A DNA stretch of 64,000 bases, taken from Giardia intestinalis. Lineage: Eukaryota. The position numbers and the translations under genes are program-made. Each line of letters opens with the position of its first letter. Positions within the stretch are counted from its first letter, which is position 1. The DNA is taken from the NCBI GenBank assembly GCA_000002435.2, contig CM018793.1. The stretch is one strand, 5' to 3'. The notes under the pieces are model-generated. The model made no database searches. It was not told where the DNA came from and saw only the letters and a list, made by a program, of their open reading frames with translations. Shown here piece by piece: positions 60,833-64,000 of this stretch.

Positions 60833-61828
60833 ATGAAATGTAGAAGATTTTATACTCTCCGCTACCGCAACTGTCTCGCAGGACTAGGCGGGGTTCTAGT
60901 CGGTGCCCTGGTTTTTGGAACGTATCGTATTCCCTTCGATGACTTAGAGCGATTTACTCGTTGTACTCGGGGGAGCTACGTTGCCGAAAATCCAGGCGCT
61001 TGTCCATACCCTGGCAGCGGATCTGCTAGCATATTTTTTTATGTACAGATTCTGTGGATTGGAACCTTTGGTCTGCTTGGGATCTTACTGACCCTTTTCA
61101 CGCCCACATTCAGGCACACTCACACCATAGTGTGGTGCGAGCATTTCACTAAATTCTCAATCAACACAGCAATTGGTTGTCTAGTTCACTTATTGTTTGT
61201 CTTTCCTTTTATCTCCATTACTCCCGAAAATGAAGAGGCGTACAATGCTCTTCGCACCTTTGTGGTTTATGGGTACTTCATCTGGTATATTTATATCTTG
61301 GCCTATGGACTATTGCTTTTTATGTCCATATTTGTCCTCGACTACCTCGAGGCAGACCAGGTAGCCGCAAATAATCGAGCAGTCGCTAGAGAGGATGCTA
61401 TCACTTCATACCAGAAGTTTTTCACTGAATCTCTTCCCCCCACAGCACCTCCTAACGGGGACATGTCGGAGAGGGTTCACCAGATACACATAAAGGTGGT
61501 CGGGGAGTCGGATCACCGGCAGGTTCCGCCTGGATATTCAACAAAGAACTTCCTCAATAAAAGCTACAAGATGAGATACATTGGACTTGTATTAACAACA
61601 TCGTTTTTTGTGTACGGTATCTGCGTGGGAGTTGGGTATGGAAAGGCTGCACCAGAGTGCTTCTGGCACCTTTCTGGAAAAACAACGTTCCAGTGCGTGC
61701 CTGTGGCCTCCTGGATATATGGTGCCGTGTACGGGCTAGTATGGTCTGGTACCTTTTATGCTACGGTGTGTAGTAGAGCTATACCCAAAGTTGGTCTTTT
61801 TGGAAAACGGAGTCTATCGGTAGATTAA
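60833..61828 (+). CDS. Hypothetical multi-pass membrane protein (331 aa, at least 6 predicted TM helices)
   Basis: ATG at 60833. Hydrophobic segments include LAGLGGVLVGALVFGTY, ILWIGTFGLLGILLTLF, IGCLVHLLFVFPFISI, VVYGYFIWYIYILAYGLLLFMSIFVL, YIGLVLTTSFFVYGICVGVGY and WIYGAVYGLVWSGTFYA. No homology recognised. Confidence 0.5.
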   Translation: MKCRRFYTLRYRNCLAGLGGVLVGALVFGTYRIPFDDLERFTRCTRGSYVAENPGACPYPGSGSASIFFYVQILWIGTFGLLGILLTLFTPTFRHTHTIVWCEHFTKFSINTAIGCLVHLLFVFPFISITPENEEAYNALRTFVVYGYFIWYIYILAYGLLLFMSIFVLDYLEADQVAANNRAVAREDAITSYQKFFTESLPPTAPPNGDMSERVHQIHIKVVGESDHRQVPPGYSTKNFLNKSYKMRYIGLVLTTSFFVYGICVGVGYGKAAPECFWHLSGKTTFQCVPVASWIYGAVYGLVWSGTFYATVCSRAIPKVGLFGKRSLSVD

Positions 61829-61896
61829 ATTATTATCCATTTCAACGATAAAGCATATTGAGGCAACCGATCCCCAACTAACCAAAGGCAAGTTGC

Positions 61897-62493
61897 TCAC
61901 CTGCGGGGCTTGCCCTTCGGCTTTCCCTTTTCATCCATTAGGTCGCCAACGCGCTTGGCTGTCATGTCCAGTTGACCCCTCTTTGCAGCCTTGGCAATCT
62001 TGTCCGGGTGCTTATTGCACACTTGTCTGTGCTTATCTATGCGGTCTGGGGCAAATCCGCGGCCGCAGTATTCGCAGGAAACACGTCCATCGTCTTCATC
62101 TCGCCGTGGAGTCTCTACTTGCTCTCTTATTGGTGCAGCCATAGGCGGGGGCCTCGATGCCTGGTGCTGAGGCTTGCTGTACGTGGTGTGCACAGAATCG
62201 TGAACATAGTTAGTGGGGGATGCCTGGATGCCATTGGCCCGGTCATCCATCCGAGGGTCACGAGGGGACATCCTTGCTAATGACTTCCCTGCAGAGGCGG
62301 TCAGGGGAGGATCTGAGGCCGGAATGGCCGCCGAACGTTGGGGAATCCAATCGTATTTGTCTATTAGCGCTGTCAGCGCAGGGATGCAGTGGCCAATTCC
62401 GTCGGCATTGAAGCGTCGCTCTCCCCTGATTTGTGTTTTAACGAGAGAAACGACCATGTTGAAATCCTTGTTTTTACTAGCCTGCTCTGCCAT
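61897..62493 (-). CDS. Small C2HC zinc-finger protein (single ZC2HC1-type finger), second member of this family in the window
   Basis: ATG at 62493. CEYCGRGFAPDRIDKHRQVC is the same C2HC motif as in the 41843-43180 protein. A basic C-terminus follows. Confidence 0.55.
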   Translation of the reverse strand: MAEQASKNKDFNMVVSLVKTQIRGERRFNADGIGHCIPALTALIDKYDWIPQRSAAIPASDPPLTASAGKSLARMSPRDPRMDDRANGIQASPTNYVHDSVHTTYSKPQHQASRPPPMAAPIREQVETPRRDEDDGRVSCEYCGRGFAPDRIDKHRQVCNKHPDKIAKAAKRGQLDMTAKRVGDLMDEKGKPKGKPRR

Positions 62494-62603
62494 TGCCTGC
62501 CACCCTTGCTGCGCCTAGGCCCCAAGGTGTCGAAGTAGCGGGTTTTATTTTCCAATCCATTTTAAATTCATTTCAATTCCTGATTTAGAAGGAGCGGTGT
62601 GGT

Positions 62604-62876
62604 ATGCCAGGCAAAGTATTCAACCTGAAGAAGGGCGGCGCAGTAGTTCGCATTGTCCGCAAGAAGGAGGAGCGCAAGACTAAGCCTCATCAGGAGTTCG
62701 TCAAGAGCATCATTCAGGAGTGCACGGGAATGGCGCCCTACGAAATGCACATTATAGAGCTCCTGCGAATGAATAAGGACCGCCACGCGCTCCGCTATGC
62801 AAAGAAGAGGCTTGGGAACATCAAGCGCGCGAAGGCTAAGCGCGATCAGCTCTCGGTCTACGCTAGGAACATCTAG
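62604..62876 (+). CDS. RPL36: 60S ribosomal protein L36 (eL36)
   Basis: ATG at 62604. FVKSIIQECTGMAPYEMHIIELLRMNKDRHALRYAKKRLGNIKRAKAKRDQLS matches eL36 ([52 protein letters not shown]). Confidence 0.85.
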   Translation: MPGKVFNLKKGGAVVRIVRKKEERKTKPHQEFVKSIIQECTGMAPYEMHIIELLRMNKDRHALRYAKKRLGNIKRAKAKRDQLSVYARNI

Positions 62877-63377
62877 ACTTCAGATAGCTAGCTACGACGG
62901 AGTAAACGTGTCCTGACGGCTCCGCTGGTCCGGCCTTAGCCTCGCCGGCGACTCGGGCCGGACTTTGTATTGTAGCTAAAGTTGGCAATGGCTGATGCCA
63001 AGATGAAATCTGTATTCACTAAAAACATGGTGTAAGCGGGGCGTCGTTAGTTGAGCGACCCAAGAATCAAAAGACACGCAGATTGCTCCCTTTTTAGGAC
63101 ATATGTTATTATGTAAGTAATGGTCTGCTCCCATAATATCCTAAAGAACACAGAGTCATCGGACAATTAGATCCTGATTAAACTGATGCGCTTGTTAATA
63201 ATCAGAGTCTACTATTTCTATTCTGTTACAGGACCAAGGGTTTATCAGGTGATGAGCTACACTTATATGTTCCTCAAATGGGTATCAAATGGGTAGATCT
63301 TCACGGTATCCAATTCTCTCAGTGATAGGTCAAACTTATTAAAGACTTTTGGAAAATTAGTATTTTGGTATTTAATT

Positions 63378-64000
63378 ATGATACCTGTTAGCCTGGGAGA
63401 ACCTCAGGAAAACGTGCCAACCACAGAGGGGGCACAGCTTCACAACGATCCCGGGGACATAACTAGCATGCCTATCGATTATGTTATGCATGCCCTCGCC
63501 ACATACAAAAGTAACAGTCACCTCAAAGATTTAACACCGACACTCTCTCCTCCAGCATCTGTAGTGTTTCCCCGAACGTCTCAACCCCAAGTGCGATTGG
63601 AGGTTCCGCCAATATTAACGTCAACCTCATCTTCGGCCTCTGTCCCCTGTTCTTCTTCTACGACTCCATCCCTAGTGTATCTACAAGATCAGCCCATTTC
63701 TGTCTATACCGTCCCCATGTCTAGTAACGGCGACGTCCAGTATTTGGTTCTTTCTACCACTGCTCCGAGGCATCCTAGGCTGCCCTGCCAGGGAATTTCG
63801 CTCATTCAAACCCCAAGATATATTCCTGTCAAGATTGATTCCCGACAGGCGCAGCTACGCCCGTTCCCGGATCCACAGAAGCAAGTGCATTCGTTCGGGA
63901 TATCGATGCCCTATAAGACCACTCGTCTCAAATGGAGCGCAGAGATGAGCAGAGACTTAGAGAATGTGTACGATAATCTCTTGGCTGCACACGTGCGCCC
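63378..64000 (+). CDS. 5' part of an ORF running off the window end (at least 207 codons); Ser/Pro-rich N-terminus, possible Myb/SANT-like start (RLKWSAEMSRDLENVYDNL) at the edge
   Basis: It runs from the ATG at 63378 to the window end with no stop in frame. The ORF track omits it because it is unterminated. Function is speculative. Confidence 0.35.
   Translation, partial: MIPVSLGEPQENVPTTEGAQLHNDPGDITSMPIDYVMHALATYKSNSHLKDLTPTLSPPASVVFPRTSQPQVRLEVPPILTSTSSSASVPCSSSTTPSLVYLQDQPISVYTVPMSSNGDVQYLVLSTTAPRHPRLPCQGISLIQTPRYIPVKIDSRQAQLRPFPDPQKQVHSFGISMPYKTTRLKWSAEMSRDLENVYDNLLAAHVR

Noticed and set aside
1-64000. Prokaryotic reading of the window (operons, defence islands, CRISPR, integrons) as invited by the task framing and by the bacterial-style ORF track
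   Set aside because: Gene content (VSPs with CRGKA tails, giardins, NEK-ankyrin proteins, eukaryotic ribosomal proteins, proteasome, Ran, MAPK) and the AGTRAAY poly(A) signals place this in Giardia. Many ORF-track 'M' starts are TTG/GTG artefacts of a bacterial start-codon model. I re-anchored those starts on ATG, at 5527, 17530, 17966, 21398, 21508, 25745, 36537, 43659, 54744 and elsewhere.
1-64000. tRNA genes
   Set aside because: I cannot run a covariance scan by eye. No obvious cloverleaf-capable 72-90-nt segment with a GTTCRANNC T-loop box stood out in the intergenic regions. Absence is not demonstrated.

Overview
This window reads as nuclear DNA from the diplomonad Giardia intestinalis (lamblia), not a prokaryote. 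Three things support that. There are several variant-specific surface protein (VSP) genes ending in the hallmark GGLVGFLCWWF(I/V)CRGKA-stop tail, each followed 13-15 nt later by the Giardia AGTRAAY polyadenylation signal. There are high-cysteine membrane proteins (HCMPs), an alpha-giardin (annexin), and NEK-kinase/ankyrin '21.1-like' genes. And the genes are compact, intron-less and mostly open with short A-rich leaders. Many 'M' starts in the supplied ORF track are actually TTG/GTG/CTG codons (bacterial-style start calling). I re-anchored the starts on the first in-frame ATG that agrees with homology or a signal peptide.

Layout:
- 1-9400 is a variable surface-antigen region: an HCMP 3' fragment, a secreted Cys-rich EGF-like protein, an HCMP, a GC-rich FOP-like gene pair, and a VSP carrying about 5.4 perfect 120-bp repeats.
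- 9700-45400 is a dense housekeeping block. By homology it holds LSG1, a SWIM/RING E3 ligase, Ran, a 21.1-like ankyrin protein, an ERK7/MAPK15-like MAPK, proteasome beta5, PP2A B'', a RAD6-like E2, RPS30, UTP12/WDR3, RPS3a, Nop53, a 1180-aa unknown protein, Rrp5, PepD dipeptidase, a C2HC zinc-finger protein, RPS23, a TPH-domain protein and several coiled-coil unknowns.
- 46503-58688 is a 12.2-kb unit bounded by a perfect 1264-bp inverted repeat. Its 9.66-kb interior holds a head-to-tail array of four VSP units with a 1.8-kb period. One is complete and three lack a start codon and signal peptide, with mosaic blocks of identity. A frameshifted NEK pseudokinase/ankyrin gene is transcribed divergently from the complete VSP.
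- 58689-64000 holds an alpha-giardin, a multi-pass membrane protein, a second C2HC zinc-finger gene, RPL36 and a partial ORF at the window edge.

I found no convincing rRNA, tRNA, CRISPR array, or prokaryotic defence or mobile system. The inverted-repeat-bounded VSP cassette is the most unusual structure in the window.
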